Assembly: GCF_023055435.1 (NCBI RefSeq)
Contig: NW_025963779.1
Coordinates: 21,452,001 to 21,516,000, forward strand
Length of the DNA stretch: 64,000 bases
Source of the DNA: Haliotis rufescens
Lineage: Eukaryota
Direction of reading: 5' to 3'
Under the pieces are notes generated by a model. That model saw nothing but the letters and a program-made list of their open reading frames with translations. It did no database searches and was not told the origin of the DNA. The position numbers and the translations under genes were made by a program. This document shows, in pieces, positions 12,577-25,074 of this stretch. Positions within the stretch are counted from its first letter, which is position 1. Every line of letters begins with the position of its first letter.

Positions 12577-14064
12577 TTTGTTGTTGAACGCCGCACTCAG
12601 CAATATTTCAGCTATATGACAGAAATGTGTAAATAATCGTGTCTGAACCAGATTATCCAATGACTGACATCATGAGCATCGATCTACGCAATTAGGATAC
12701 GATGGCAAGTCAGCAAGCCTGACCATCCGACCCGATTATCGCCTCTTACGACAAGCATAGTTGCCTCTTACGACAAGCACAGTTGTCTCTTACGGCAACA
12801 CAGTTGTCTCTTACGACAAGCACAGTTGTCTCTTACGGCAACACAGTTGTCTCTTACGGCAAGCACAGTTGTCTCTTACGGCAACACAGTTGTCTTTTAC
12901 GACAAGCACAGTTGCCTCTTACGACAAGCACAGTTGTCTCTTACGACAAGCACAGTTGTCTCTTACAACAAGCACAGTTGTCTCTTACGACAAGCACAGT
13001 TGTCTCTTACAACAAGCACAGTTGTCTCTTACGACAACACAGTTGTCTCTTACGGCAACACAGTTGTCTCTTACGGCAAGCACAGTTGTCTCTTACAACA
13101 AGCACAGTTGTCTCTTACGACAACACAGTTGTCTCTTACAACAAGCACAGTTGTCTCTTACGGCAACACAGTTGTCTCTTACGGCAACACAGTTGTCTCT
13201 TACGGCAAGCACAGTTGTCTCTTACGACAAGCACAGTTGTCTCTTACGGCAAGCACAGTTGTCTCTTACGGCAACACAAGTCAGTTGTCTCTTACGACAA
13301 GCACAGTTCTCTCTTACGGCAACACAGTTGTCTCTTACGACAAGCACAGTTGTCTCTTACGGCAACACAGTTGTCTCTTACGGCAAGCACAGTTGTCTCT
13401 TACGACAAGCACAGTTGTCTCTTACAACAAGCACAGTTGTCTCTTACGGCAAGCACAGTTGTCTCTTACGGCAAGCACAGTTGTCTCTTACGGCAAGCAC
13501 AGTTGTCTCTTACGGCAACACAGTTGTCTCTTACGGCAAGCACAGTTGTCTCTTACGGCAACACAGTTGTCTCTTACGGCAACACAAGTCAGTTGTCTCT
13601 TACGACAAGCACCGTTCTCTCTTTAGGCAACACAGTTGTCTCTTACGACAAGCATAGTTCTCTCTTACGGCAACACAGTTGTCTCTTACGACAAGCACAG
13701 TTGTCTCTTACAACAAGCACAGTTGTCTCTTACGGCAAGCACAGTTGTCTCTTACGACAAGCACAGTTCTCTCTTACGGCAACACAGTTGTCTCTTACGA
13801 CAAGCACAGTTCTCTCTTACGGCAACACAGTTGTCTCTTACGACAAGCACAGTTGTCGCTTACAACAAGCACAGTTGTCTCTTACGGCAAGCACAGTTGT
13901 CTCTTACGGCAAGCACAGTTGTCTCTTACGACAAGCACAGTTGTCTCTTACGGCAAGCACAGTTGTCTCTTACGGCAAGCACACTTCTCTCTTACGACAA
14001 GCACAGTCGTCTCTTACAGCAAGGGTTGCTGAAGACCTACTCACTTACCGGATCTTCACGGGTC
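12577..14064 (-). mobile_element. Retroposon family D copy with its internal 22-bp module expanded into a minisatellite
   Basis: The family D 3' body (12577-12740) and 5' head (14022-14064, rc GACCCGTGAAGATCCGGTAAG...GGTCTTCAGCAACCC) flank the array in the correct order. Confidence 0.9.
12741..14021. repeat. Minisatellite, 21/22-bp unit (CACAGTTGTCTCTTACGRCAAG), about 60 copies
   Basis: Direct periodicity. The unit is the reverse complement of the family D module TGCTTGTCGTAAGAGGCGACTA. Confidence 0.97.
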
Positions 14065-14896
14065 GCATGATTGTTAAAAGTGGTAGGAGTAGATAACATG
14101 GATTGTTTCCCACCGCAACGTGTCGGCCTAACATATTGTTGTATAAACTGAGGTTGTTACTTGTAGGACCAGATGGACTGGGGCGGTTTCCTCACATTCA
14201 GGAAGGAGATGACTTGAGTCGATTGGGGCTATCATCCTTGTGTATTAACTATTTCTCAAGATTTAAACAAATACAGTATGTTTCTATTTAACTCTCAATA
14301 TTAAATATTGTGTTTTCACGTTTAAGAACATTTGCAATATTCATAGATCAGTTTGTTTTATACATGTAACAAGATAATTAATGCTCCAGCAAAGACAATA
14401 AAAACAGGTATTTTAATATTTTAGATTACGACAAGTTATAAGTAACACGGAAATACTAGTAAATGTAAGATTAACATGTTGCTATCGTACTAAGAGAAGG
14501 CTGACTTGTTTTCACGTTGTTCGCCGTCATATCATCATTAAACAAGGAGTGTGTTATTGTAGATGGGTTTGGCATGTGTACCAATGGTAGCTTTTACTTA
14601 TAGATGGTAAAGCGAGGATGGACCGACACATTCACAGGTATGGGTTGTTGCTTATGTTACTGGAGGAGTAGAATTATATGGTTTTATGCAAGACCGAAAT
14701 GAGAAAACCGACATAATTGTAACTTAATGCTGAGCTGATCCCAGCCTGCGCCAGTGACTGGATATTATCTGATATTGACTCGAACCTGTTCATGTACAGA
14801 CTGTTCTGTTAGTTTTGTGGAACAATCAATTTCTCTGTGTTTTTGTCGGGGTGTGTTTCGTCATGACTACATGTCAGTGTTTGCTTGTGGTTCTAT

Positions 14897-15895
14897 CTGT
14901 CTCCGTGTTTCTTCTGGTATAGTTTTTCCTTTCTCTGTCTGTCTGTCTGTCCGTGTTTCTTCTGGTACAGTTTTTCCTTTGTCTGTCTGTCTGTCTCCGT
15001 TTTTCTTCTGGTACAGTTTTCCTTTGTCTGTCTGTCTGTCTGTCCGTGTTTCTTCTGGTACAGTTTTCCTTTGTCTGTCTGTCTTTCTGTCCGTGTTTCT
15101 TCTGGTACAGTTTTTTCTTTGTCTGTCTGTCTGTCCGTGTTTCTTCTGGTGCAGTTTTTCCTTTGTCTATCTGTCTGTCCGTGTTTCTTCTGGTACATTT
15201 TTTCCTTTGTCTGTCTGTCTGTCCGTGTTTCTTCTGGTGCAGTTTTCATTTGTCTGTCTGTCTTTCTGTCCGTGTCTCTTCTGGTACAGTTTTTTCTTTG
15301 TCTGTCTGTCTGTCCGTGTTTCTTCTGGTACAGTTTTCCTTTGTCTGTCTGTCTTTCTGTCCGTGTTTCTTCTAGTACAGTTTTTTTCTTTGTCTGTCTG
15401 TCTGTCCGTGTTTCTTCTGGTGCAGTTTTCCTTTGTCTGTCTGTCTGTCCGTGTTTCTTCTGGTACAGTTTTTCCTTTGTCTGTCTGTCTGTCCGTGTTT
15501 CTTCTGGTACAGTTTTCCTTTGTCTGTCTGTCTTTCTGTCCGTGTTTCTTCTGGTACAGTTTTTTCTTTGTCTGTCTGTCTGTCCGTGTTTCTTCTGGTG
15601 CAGTTTTTCCTCTGTCTGTCTGTCTGTCCGTGTTTCTTCTGGTACAGTTTTCCTTTGTCTGTCTGTCTTTCTGTCCGTGTTTCTTCTGGTACAGTTTTTT
15701 CTTTGTCTGTCTGTCTGTCCGTGTTTCTTCTGGTACAGTTTTTCCTTTGTCTGCGTGTCTGTCCGTGTTTCTTCTGGTGCAGTTTTCCTTTGTCTGTCTG
15801 TCTGTCCGTGTTTCTTCTGGTACAGTTTTTCCTTTGTCTGGTTGTCTGTCCGTGTTTCTTCTGGTACAGTTTTCCTTTGTCTGTCTGTCTGTCTA
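14897..15895. repeat. Pyrimidine-rich minisatellite, about 43-47-bp unit (CCGTGTTTCTTCTGGTACAGTTTTTCCTTT(GTCT)n)
   Basis: About 22 copies with variable T-run and (GTCT)n length. Confidence 0.95.
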
Positions 15896-15919
15896 TCTGT
15901 CTCTGTGTGTGTTGACCCC

Positions 15920-18075
15920 TGTCTGTCAGGTACTGTTTTTGTCTGACTCTCTGTAAGCTTGACTGTGTTTCTGCCATTCTGTCTAGAGATCTGTGTCTGC
16001 AGGTACTGCTTTTGTCTGACTCTCTGTAAGCTTGACTGTGTTTCTTCCAGTCTGTCTGTGTCTGCAGGTACTGTTTTTGTCTGACTCTCTGTAAGCTTGA
16101 CTGTGTTTCTTCCAGTCTGTCTGTGTCTGCAGGTACTGTTTTTGTCTGACTCTCTGTAAGCTTGACTGTGTTTCTGCCAGTCTGTCTGTGTCTGCAGGTA
16201 CTGTATTTGTCTGACTCTCTGTAAGCTTGACTGTGTTTCTGCCAGTCTGTCTGTGTCTGCAGGTACTGTTTTTGTGTGACTCTCTGTAAGCTTGACTGTG
16301 TTTCTGCCAGTCTGTCTGTGTCTGCAGGTACTGTTTTTGTCTGACTCTCTGTAAGCTTGACTGTGTTTCTGCCAGTCTGTCTGTGTCTGCAGGTACTGTT
16401 TTTGTCTGACTCTCTGTAAGCTTGACTGTGTTTCTTCCAGTCTGTCTGTGTCTGCAGGTACTGTTTTTGTCTGACTCTCTGTAAGCTTGACTGTGTTTCT
16501 GCCAGTCTGTCTGTGTCTGCAGGTACTGTTTTTGTGTGACTCTCTGTAAGCTTGACTGTGTTTCTGCCAGTCTGTCTGTGTCTGCAGGTACTGTTTTTGT
16601 CTGACTCTCTGTAAGCTTGACTGTGTTTCTGCCAGTCTGTCTGTGTCTGCAGGTACTGTATTTGTCTGACTCTCTGTAAGCTTGACTGTGTTTCTGCCAG
16701 TCTGTCTGTGTCTGCAGGTACTGTTTTTGTGTGACTCTCTGTAAGCTTGACTGTGTTTCTGCCAGTCTGTCTGTGTCTGCAGGTACTGTTTTTGTCTGAC
16801 TCTCTGTAAGCTTGACTGTGTTTCTGCCAGTCTGTCTGTGTCTGCAGGTACTGTTTTTGTCTGACTCTCTGTAAGCTTGACTGTGTTTCTTCCAGTCTGT
16901 CTGTGTCTGCAGGTACTGTTTTTGTGTGACTCTCTGTAAGCTTGACTGTGTTTCTGCCAGTCTGTCTGTGTCTGCAGGTACTGTTTTTGTGTGACTCTCT
17001 GTAAGCTTGACTGTGTTTCTGCCAGTCTGTCTGTGTCTGCAGGTACTGTTTTTGTCTGACTCTCTGTAAGCTTGACTGTGTTTCTGCCAGTCTGTCTGTG
17101 TCTGCAGGTACTGTTTTTGTGTGACTCTCTGTAAGCTTGACTGTGTTTCTGCCAGTCTGTCTGTGTCTGCAGGTACTGTTTTTGTCTGACTCTCTGTAAG
17201 CTTGACTGTGTTTCTTCCAGTCTGTCTGTGTCTGCAGGTACTGTTTTTGTCTGACTCTCTGTAAGCTTGACTGTGTTTCTGCCAGTCTGTCTGTGTCTGC
17301 AGGTACTGTATTTGTCTGACTCTCTGTAAGCTTGACTGTGTTTCTGCCAGTCTGTCTGTGTCTGCAGGTACTGTTTTTGTCTGACTCTCTGTAAGCTTGA
17401 CTGTGTTTCTTCCAGTCTGTCTGTGTCTGCAGGTACTGTTTTTGTGTGACTTTCTGTAAGCTTGACTGTGTTTCTGCCAGTCTGTCTGTGTCTGCAGGTA
17501 CTGTTTTTGTCTGACTCTCTGTAAGCTTGACTGTGTTTCTGCCAGTCTGTCTGTGTCTGCAGGTACTGTTTTTGTCTGACTCTCTGTAAGCTTGACTGTG
17601 TTTCTGCCAGTCTGTCTGTGTCTGCAGGTACTGTATTTGTCTGACTCTCTGTAAGCTTGACTGTGTTTCTGCCAGTCTGTCTGTGTCTGCAGGTACTGTT
17701 TTTGTCTGACTCTCTGTAAGCTTGACTGTGTTTCTGCCAGTCTGTCTGTGTCTGCAGGTACTGTTTTTGTCTGACTCTCTGTAAGCTTGACTGTGTTTCT
17801 GCCAGTCTGTCTGTGTCTGCAGGTACTGTATTTGTCTGACTCTCTGTAAGCTTGACTGTGTTTCTGCCAGTCTGTCTGTGTCTGCAGGTACTGTTTTTGT
17901 CTGACTCTCTGTAAGCTTGACTGTGTTTCTTCCAGTCTGTCTGTGTCTGCAGGTACTGTTTTTGTCTGACTCTCTGTAAGCTTGACTGTGTTTCTGCCAG
18001 TCTGTCTGTGTCTGCAGGTACTGTTTTTGTCTGACTCTCTGTAAGCTTGACTGTGTTTCTGCCAGTCTGTCTGTC
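15920..18075. repeat. Highly homogeneous minisatellite, 65-bp unit (GTCTGCAGGTACTGTTTTTGTCTGACTCTCTGTAAGCTTGACTGTGTTTCTGCCAGTCTGTCTGT), about 33 copies
   Basis: 65-nt periodicity with only three or four variable sites. Confidence 0.97.
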
Positions 18076-18370
18076 AGGTTGTGTTTCTGTTTGTCCTTGC
18101 TTCTTTTGGTCTCTTTCCTCGCCTGTCTGAGTAGTATTCTGTTAGTATGTTTCTGTCCCTAATGTTTCTGTTTCTTTCTGCTTTTGTATTTCTGCTGTTT
18201 AAATGTTTGTGTGCTTTTGTCTGTCTGTCTTTGTTCTGTCTAGTGTTCTGTCTAGTGTTCTGTCTAGTGTTCTGTCTAGTTCTTGACCCGATGGCGATTC
18301 TTCTTTTTATGACCGCCTGTCTGTAATGTATGTTGATCTGTGTTTCTGTCTGTCTGTCTACCTATCAATT

Positions 18371-18612
18371 AGTTCTATTTTCCAATTTCAGAAAGTGCTC
18401 GTGTTATGGTAACTATGCAAGTCAGTAGTTGAACTTCAGGGATATACACCGAAAATGATTTGTTGCTGACAATGCAAGATCTGAAGCATTAAGTTCTATT
18501 TTCTAATTTCAGAAAGTGCTCGTGTTTTGGTAACTTTGCCTGTCAGTTGTTGAAATTCAGGGATATACCCTGAAAATGATTTGTTGCTGACAATGCAAGA
18601 TCTGAAGCATTA
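18371..18612. repeat. Tandem duplication, 2 x 121 bp
   Basis: AGTTCTATTTTC...GATCTGAAGCATTA starts at 18371 and again at 18492, with a few substitutions. Confidence 0.9.
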
Positions 18613-18992
18613 AATATTTAACACAGTCAGCAAGATATAGTTTCACATTCACCTTGAGGTGCAACCTATAACGTTCCAAGTCAGTTTTATGAAGGGATAT
18701 CGTTATGACTCATCGATGGCTTGAGATAAAGATTTTACGTCAGCTGCCAGATTTTTCCAATGCGTAATATTTGAGTTATCTCCCTTATACTATGGTTTCT
18801 GGTTGAAATTTGTTAAGCCATGCTATTTGCATGGTCGACAGTTTAATACCGAATACTGTTTGTGTGGACATCCCAAGTAGTGAGCAAACATCAAACAAAC
18901 ATAGCTTTACAATAAGGCAAACATCTTCAGTTCTTACATTATTCGAGGCATATTCTCAAGTTAAACTGACTTGATGACTTACAGTAATTATA

Positions 18993-19266
18993 GGGGGCAC
19001 GGGTGGCCAGTCGTCTAATGCGCCGCGAGTCGCTGTGCAGAGTTGCGTCCCTTGGACGTGCCAGAAACCTATGATTATGGGTTCGAATCCCGATTCGCCC
19101 CGATTATCTTTCTAGGTTTGTAAGCACCATACCCGTGCTCGTGGGTTTCACCAAAGTGGTAAACGTCTAAGACCTGCATCAATTCGGGCTTTCCTCCCAC
19201 ATTAAGGTGACACGCCGGATATAACTGTAATACTGTTAAAAGTGGCGTTAAACCCAACTCATTCAC
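18993..19266 (+). mobile_element. tRNA-derived SINE family C, full length
   Basis: A-box-like TGGCCAGTCGTCTAA, B box GGTTCGAATCC, GGGCTTTCCTCCCAC motif (V-domain-like) and tail GGCGTTAAACCCAACTC. TSD TACAGT(A/G)ATTATA at 18980-18992 and 19267-19279. Confidence 0.85.
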
Positions 19267-19411
19267 TACAGTGATTATATACCACTCAAAAGTAGTTAAA
19301 GAATACCCGAATTTTGATTTCTTTCGTTTAGTATGCAATCGTCAACAGTCAGTAAAACACTGACATTAAATAGTCAAAAGTCAAAGTTGCTTTCACAAAA
19401 TAGAACATCCT

Positions 19412-19560
19412 TCGAGTTGTATGCGATCTCGAGCGTGAAGACGAGTTGTATGCGATCTAGAGCGTGAAGACGAGTTGTATGTGATCTCGAGCGTGAAGAC
19501 GACTTGTATGTGATCAAGAACGGGAGGACGAGTTCTATGTGATCTTGAGCGTGAAGACTC
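19412..19560. repeat. Short 29-bp tandem repeat (GAGTTGTATGCGATCTCGAGCGTGAAGAC), about 5 copies
   Basis: Direct periodicity. Confidence 0.85.
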
Positions 19561-19764
19561 CCAATGAACCGACCCACTTGGTCATCCTTCTTGCCACGTG
19601 GCAGATATCTATCTTATTTACGTCAATATCCCTCTGGAGCTATAATATATGAAGCATAACACGCCAGGTTCGTGTATACGGAGAGAGTTATTGAGGCTAC
19701 AGTCTCACAGTCGCTCTCTGACTCACATCGCAGTGGTATGTCAGTCTTGTATGGGCTCAGTGTA

Positions 19765-21330
19765 CATCGGAATAACATCAGATATACTTCGGAATACGAT
19801 CAGATATACTTCGGAATACGATCAGATATACTTCGGAATACGATCAGATATACTTCGGAGTACGATCACATACCTATGGGAATACGATCAGATATACATC
19901 GGTATACTATCAGATATACTTCGGAATACTATCAGATATACTCCGGAATACTATCAGATGTACATTGGAAAACTATCAGATGTACATTGGAATACTATCA
20001 GATATACTTCGGAATACTATCAGATATACATTTGAATACTATCAGTTATACTCCGGAATACTATCAGATATACATTGGAATATTAACAGATATACATTGG
20101 AATAATATCAGTTATATTCCGGAATACTATCAGATATACATTGGAATACTTTCAGATATACTTCGGAATACTATCAGATACACATAGGAATACTATTAGA
20201 TACACATCAGACTTTCATCAGATACACAGCAGACCTCGATCAGATACACATCAGGCTTCGATCAGTCACACATCAGACATCGATCAGGTACACATCAGAC
20301 TTCGATCAGGTACACATCAGACTTCGATCAGGTACACATCAGACTTCGATCAGATACACATCAGACATCGATCAGGTACACATCAGACTTCGATCAGGTA
20401 CACATCAGACTTCGATCAGATACACATCACACTTCGATCAGGTACACATCAGACTTCAATCAGATACATCTCAGATTTTGATTACATACACATCAGACTT
20501 CGATCATATACACATCAGACTTCAATCAGATACACATCAGACTATGATCACATACACATCAGGTTTTGATCACATACACATCGGACTTTGATCACATACA
20601 CATCGGACTTTGATCACATACACATCGGACTTTGATCACATACACATCGGACTTTGATCACATACACATCGGACTTTGATCACATACACATCGGACTTTG
20701 ATCACATACACATCAGACTATGATCACATACACATCGGACTTTGATCACATACACATCAGACTTTGATCACATACACATCGGACTTTGATCACATACACA
20801 TCAGACTTTGATCACATACACATCGGACTTTGATCACATACACATCGGACTTTGATCACATACACATCGGACTTTGATCACATACACATCGGACTTTGAT
20901 CAGATACACATCGGACTTTGATCACATACACATCGGACTTTGATCACATACACATCGGACTTTGATCACATACACATCGGACTTTGATCACATACACATC
21001 AGACTTTGATCACATACACATCGGACTTTGATCACATACACATCGGACTTTGATCACATACACATCGGACTTTGATCACATACACATCAGACTATGATCA
21101 CATACACATCGGACTTTGATCAGATACACATCAGGCTTTCATCACATACACATCGGACTTTGATCAGATACACATCAGGCTTTGATCACATACACATCAG
21201 GCTTTGATCACATACACATCGGACTTTGATCATATACACATCGGACTTTGATCACATACACATCAGGCTTTGATCACTTACACATCAGACTTTGATCACA
21301 TACACATCGGACTACGATCACATACACCTC
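19765..21330. repeat. 22-bp minisatellite with a polar sequence gradient, about 70 copies
   Basis: The unit drifts from TCAGATATACTTCGGAATACGA to TCACATACACATCGGACTTTGA while the period stays at 22. Confidence 0.95.
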
Positions 21331-21414
21331 GAATTATGTTTAGAAATGCACCAGGGTGCTACCACATGTAGCGCATCCATACCTATAAAGCTCGACATAC
21401 ATGTATACCGATGG

Positions 21415-21975
21415 ATGTTGGTTAAGTTTGTTGGTTATGTATATTGGTTATGTTTGTTGGTTATGTTTGTCAGTTGTGTTTGTTGGTTATGTATGTTGGT
21501 TATGTATGTCGATTATGTTTGTTAGTTAAGTCTGTTGATAATGTTTGTCGGTTAAGTCTGTAGGTAATGTATGTTGGTTGTTTTTGTTGGTTAAGTCTGT
21601 TGATAATGTTTGTCGGTTATGTTTGTTGGTTTTGCATGTTGGTTATGTTTGTTGGTTATGTATGTTGGTTATGTTTGTTGGTTATTTTTGTCAGTTGTGT
21701 TTGTTGGTTATGTATGTCGATTATGTTTGTTGGTTAAGTCTGTTGATAATGTTTGTCGGTTAAGACTGTAGGTAATGTATGTTGGCTGTGTTTGTTGGTT
21801 ACGTCTGTTGATAATGATTGTCGGTTATGTTTGTTGGTTTTGCATGTTGGTTATGTTTGTTGGTTAATTCTATTGATTATGTGTGTCGGTTATGTTTGTT
21901 GGTTAAGTCTGTGGGTTAAGCTGTTGGTTATGTATGTTGGTTGTGTCTGTCAGTTATGTTTGTTGGTGATGTTTG
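21415..21975. repeat. Degenerate TG-rich repeat (about 13-bp TATGTTTGTTGGT units)
   Basis: Recurrent GTTGGTTATGT motif and longer duplicated blocks. Confidence 0.8.
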
Positions 21976-23129
21976 TACGATTTATCCTTATCTACATCGG
22001 GGTCCACATCATCCAATAGATTCAGTTAAACTGCATAAGCAGTTTTGTAGCTGTTTACTGTCACTGTCCTCACAGGCCTACTGCGCCGATACAGGGGATA
22101 CGGAAGCGGTATTAAACCCATCTCACTCACCCACTCTGATTCAATACGATCATGACTCCACAGCGAATGTCTCTAAAGTTTGAAGAGGTTGATGGCCCAT
22201 CGGCTGACGCACATCCGCCCGTTTCGCAGACAATGTCTGAACCATTCTCTTTCGATATGAATATATATTGCTGGAAATGTCTTCCAGACGTAATTAAGTC
22301 GTTGCAATCTCTTATCCAAACATACAATATAAGACATAACACCATCCAATCTGTCTTTGACATTCGCGGACGATATGCTGATTGCTACCATTGCCAATAG
22401 GATAAAACAGCCAAAAACAACATCGCTGCATAGCGCCAACATGTTTATATTGCATGTTAATCATATTTCCCAGAATAAAAAAGAACCAAAGTACTGCGAC
22501 ATGGAAAGAAGGGAGGGGAGATATCAGTCACATGGCCGTATTCCGCATCATCGGGAGAACACGAGGCGCGCCCATTAGGAGTTATAGAGCCTTGTCTTCC
22601 GTTACATACACAACCTAAATGAATTGTTGTGGGTCACGTCACCTGTTAAATAGAACTGAGTACGTTTTTTTTGTGATCTTGGCTGTATGCCAGTTTTCCC
22701 CGTGGTTTTGACCTGGAAGTTATGTAAAGTATACCTCGGCACAGTAATCACGAACCGTTATTGCAAGATGGTTGTAAACTGGAACGATTGTGAGTTGAGA
22801 TAGCCAGTTTACTGCACCATCACAGATTATTAGCTATAAACCTGTGTTCTGTCGGATGTGTTTGGTTTGGGTGGCAACATTATAATATCATTAATCTTAT
22901 AGATTTATACCAAACAACACAATTTGCCAATTTGAAGATTAATGGCTGCCTATCCCAAATATCTCTCGTTTAGACACGCTTTATGCTTAATTTTATAACA
23001 ATACGTAAACAGTATCCATGCATTACGTGAAAACATATATGTTTGCACTGGCTTGAATTTAGTGCTGTATGGTTTATGTGATGCAGCACTAACATCACCG
23101 TCAGGCTGATGCTAGGCTGCCATAGTCAG

Positions 23130-23825
23130 ATGCGTTTGTATAGGACTGTAGTGGAGGAATCAGTGATAGGTGTGTGAGGTGTGTTTGTGTAGGATTGTAG
23201 TGGAGGAATTTGTGATGGGTGTGTGAGGTGTGTTTGTGTAGGACTGTAGTGGAGGAATCAGTGATGGGTGTGTGAGGTGTGTTTGTGTAGGACTGTAGTG
23301 GAGGAATCAGTGATGGGTGTGTGAGGTGTGTTTGTGTAGGACTGTAGTGGAGGAATCAGTGATGGGTGTGTGAGGTGTGTTTGTGTAGGACTGTAGTGGA
23401 GGCATCAGTGATGGGTGTGTGAGGTGTGTTTGTGTAGGACTGTAGTGGAGGAATCAGTGATGGGTGTGTGAGGTGTGTTTGTGTAAGACTGTAGTGGGGG
23501 AATCACTGATGGGTGTGTGAGGTGTGTTTGTGTAAGACTGTAGTAGAGGAATCAGTGATAGGAATGTGAGGTGTGTTTGTGTAGGATTTTTGTGGCGGAA
23601 TCAGTGATAGGAATGTGAGGTGTGTTTGTGTAGGATTTTTGTGGCGGAATCAGTGATAGGAATGTGAGGTGTGTTTTTGTAGGATTTTTGTGGCGGAATC
23701 AGTGATAGGAAGGTGAGGTGTGTTTTTGTAGGATTTTTGTGGCGGAATCAGTGATAGGAAGGTGAGGTGTGTTTTTGTAGGATTGTAGTCGAAGAAACAG
23801 TCCTAGGAATGTGAGGTGTGTTTGT
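23130..23825. repeat. Minisatellite, 49-bp unit (GTTTGTGTAGGACTGTAGTGGAGGAATCAGTGATGGGTGTGTGAGGTGT), about 14 copies
   Basis: 49-nt periodicity, for example at 23281 and 23330. Confidence 0.93.
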
Positions 23826-24295
23826 GACACACCACCGTGACAATCCTGCCCTAGTACGGTAGACACAGAACCATCGTGACCTTACACCTCGTACGGTAGA
23901 CACACCACCGTGACAATCCTGCCCTAGTACGGTAGACACAGAACCATCGTGACCCTACACCTGGTACGGTAGACACACCACCGTGACAATCCTGTCCTAC
24001 TACGGTACCTACACACAACCGTGACAATCCTGCCCTAGTACGGTAGACACAGAACCATCGTGACCCTACACCTGGTACGGTAGACACAGCACCGTGACAA
24101 TCCTGTCCTGGTACGGTAGACACAGAACCATCGTGACCCTACACCTGGTACGGTAGACACACCACCGTGACAATCCTGTCCTACTACGGTACCTACACAC
24201 AACCGTGACAATCCTGCCCTAGTACGGTAGACACAGCACCGTGACAATCCTGTCCTGGTACGGTAGACACAGAACCATCTCGACCCTACACCACC
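23826..24295. repeat. Minisatellite of two alternating ~36-bp subunits sharing GTACGGTAGACACA...CGTGAC
   Basis: Direct periodicity. It abuts the 49-bp array. Confidence 0.9.
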
Positions 24296-25074
24296 GACGT
24301 GAAAAAAACAGACAGCTACTACGGTGCCGCTTCCTCTAAACGTAACAAGGTACTGTGTAAAGCTTTTGGTTCTAAACGATTCGTGTTACGACTATTTTTT
24401 TCAGAATCAATCACCGTGTTTACAGTTATGCTATTGTGCGGAAATACCATGCTTGAACACACCCAGTTTACTTTTACTGAAAGTTATTTACTTTTTTTCA
24501 GAAATTCACAAGTTCCTTTCTAACGAACCACATTATTGTGAAAGTTTAATGAGCGAGACAAGCCGATTCTGACCCATAAACACAGGAAGATGTATGCTGT
24601 AGCGTGCAATGACGTCAAAAAACAGAAATGATTTATGAACAAGGTGGGTAATTATACCGAACAGTGCCAACACCAAGACGTGTTTTGTGAAGATAAGAAA
24701 GTTTGGATTGATGTCATTAGCCTCATAAAAGTCCTCTTTCTTATCCACATGAAACAACACTTCTTTCATGAATTGTCATGGATATCAGCAATCGGCTTCA
24801 CGTATTGTTACATGATCGTTTTGCTGCCTCCCGAGACAGCTGCTACAAAGTGTCTGTCTTGTTTTATACCAGAGATAACAGGCTTCCATAATCGTACATG
24901 TATATGCCAGCTAAATAGGTTGCACATACAATTTATGGCTGCCTTCAATAACAAAGTAGTTTTAACAAAGATTGATACCGTACCATTCCCTTTTTGATAG
25001 ATGAACGTATATAGGTTAAGCGTTCAGTGAGTCGGTTTGAGCTTGGCACAATATTCTTATAACACACACGGTAC

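Noticed and set aside
10429-14212. Alternative downstream exons for the 709-811 signal-peptide exon (ELLDKLKSECVRYKFRF at 10429; MTRWTGAVSSHSGRR* at 14167, AATAAA at 14397)
   Set aside because: They are phase-compatible and superficially neuropeptide-like, but the splice sites are weak. A nearer exon at 1203, with a stronger acceptor and polyA signals, explains the gene more simply. RNA-seq would be needed to support this model.
12761-15977. ORFs of 300-437 aa in several frames
   Set aside because: They derive from the 21/22-bp and ~44-bp minisatellites. Being open in several frames at once indicates stop-free low-complexity units.
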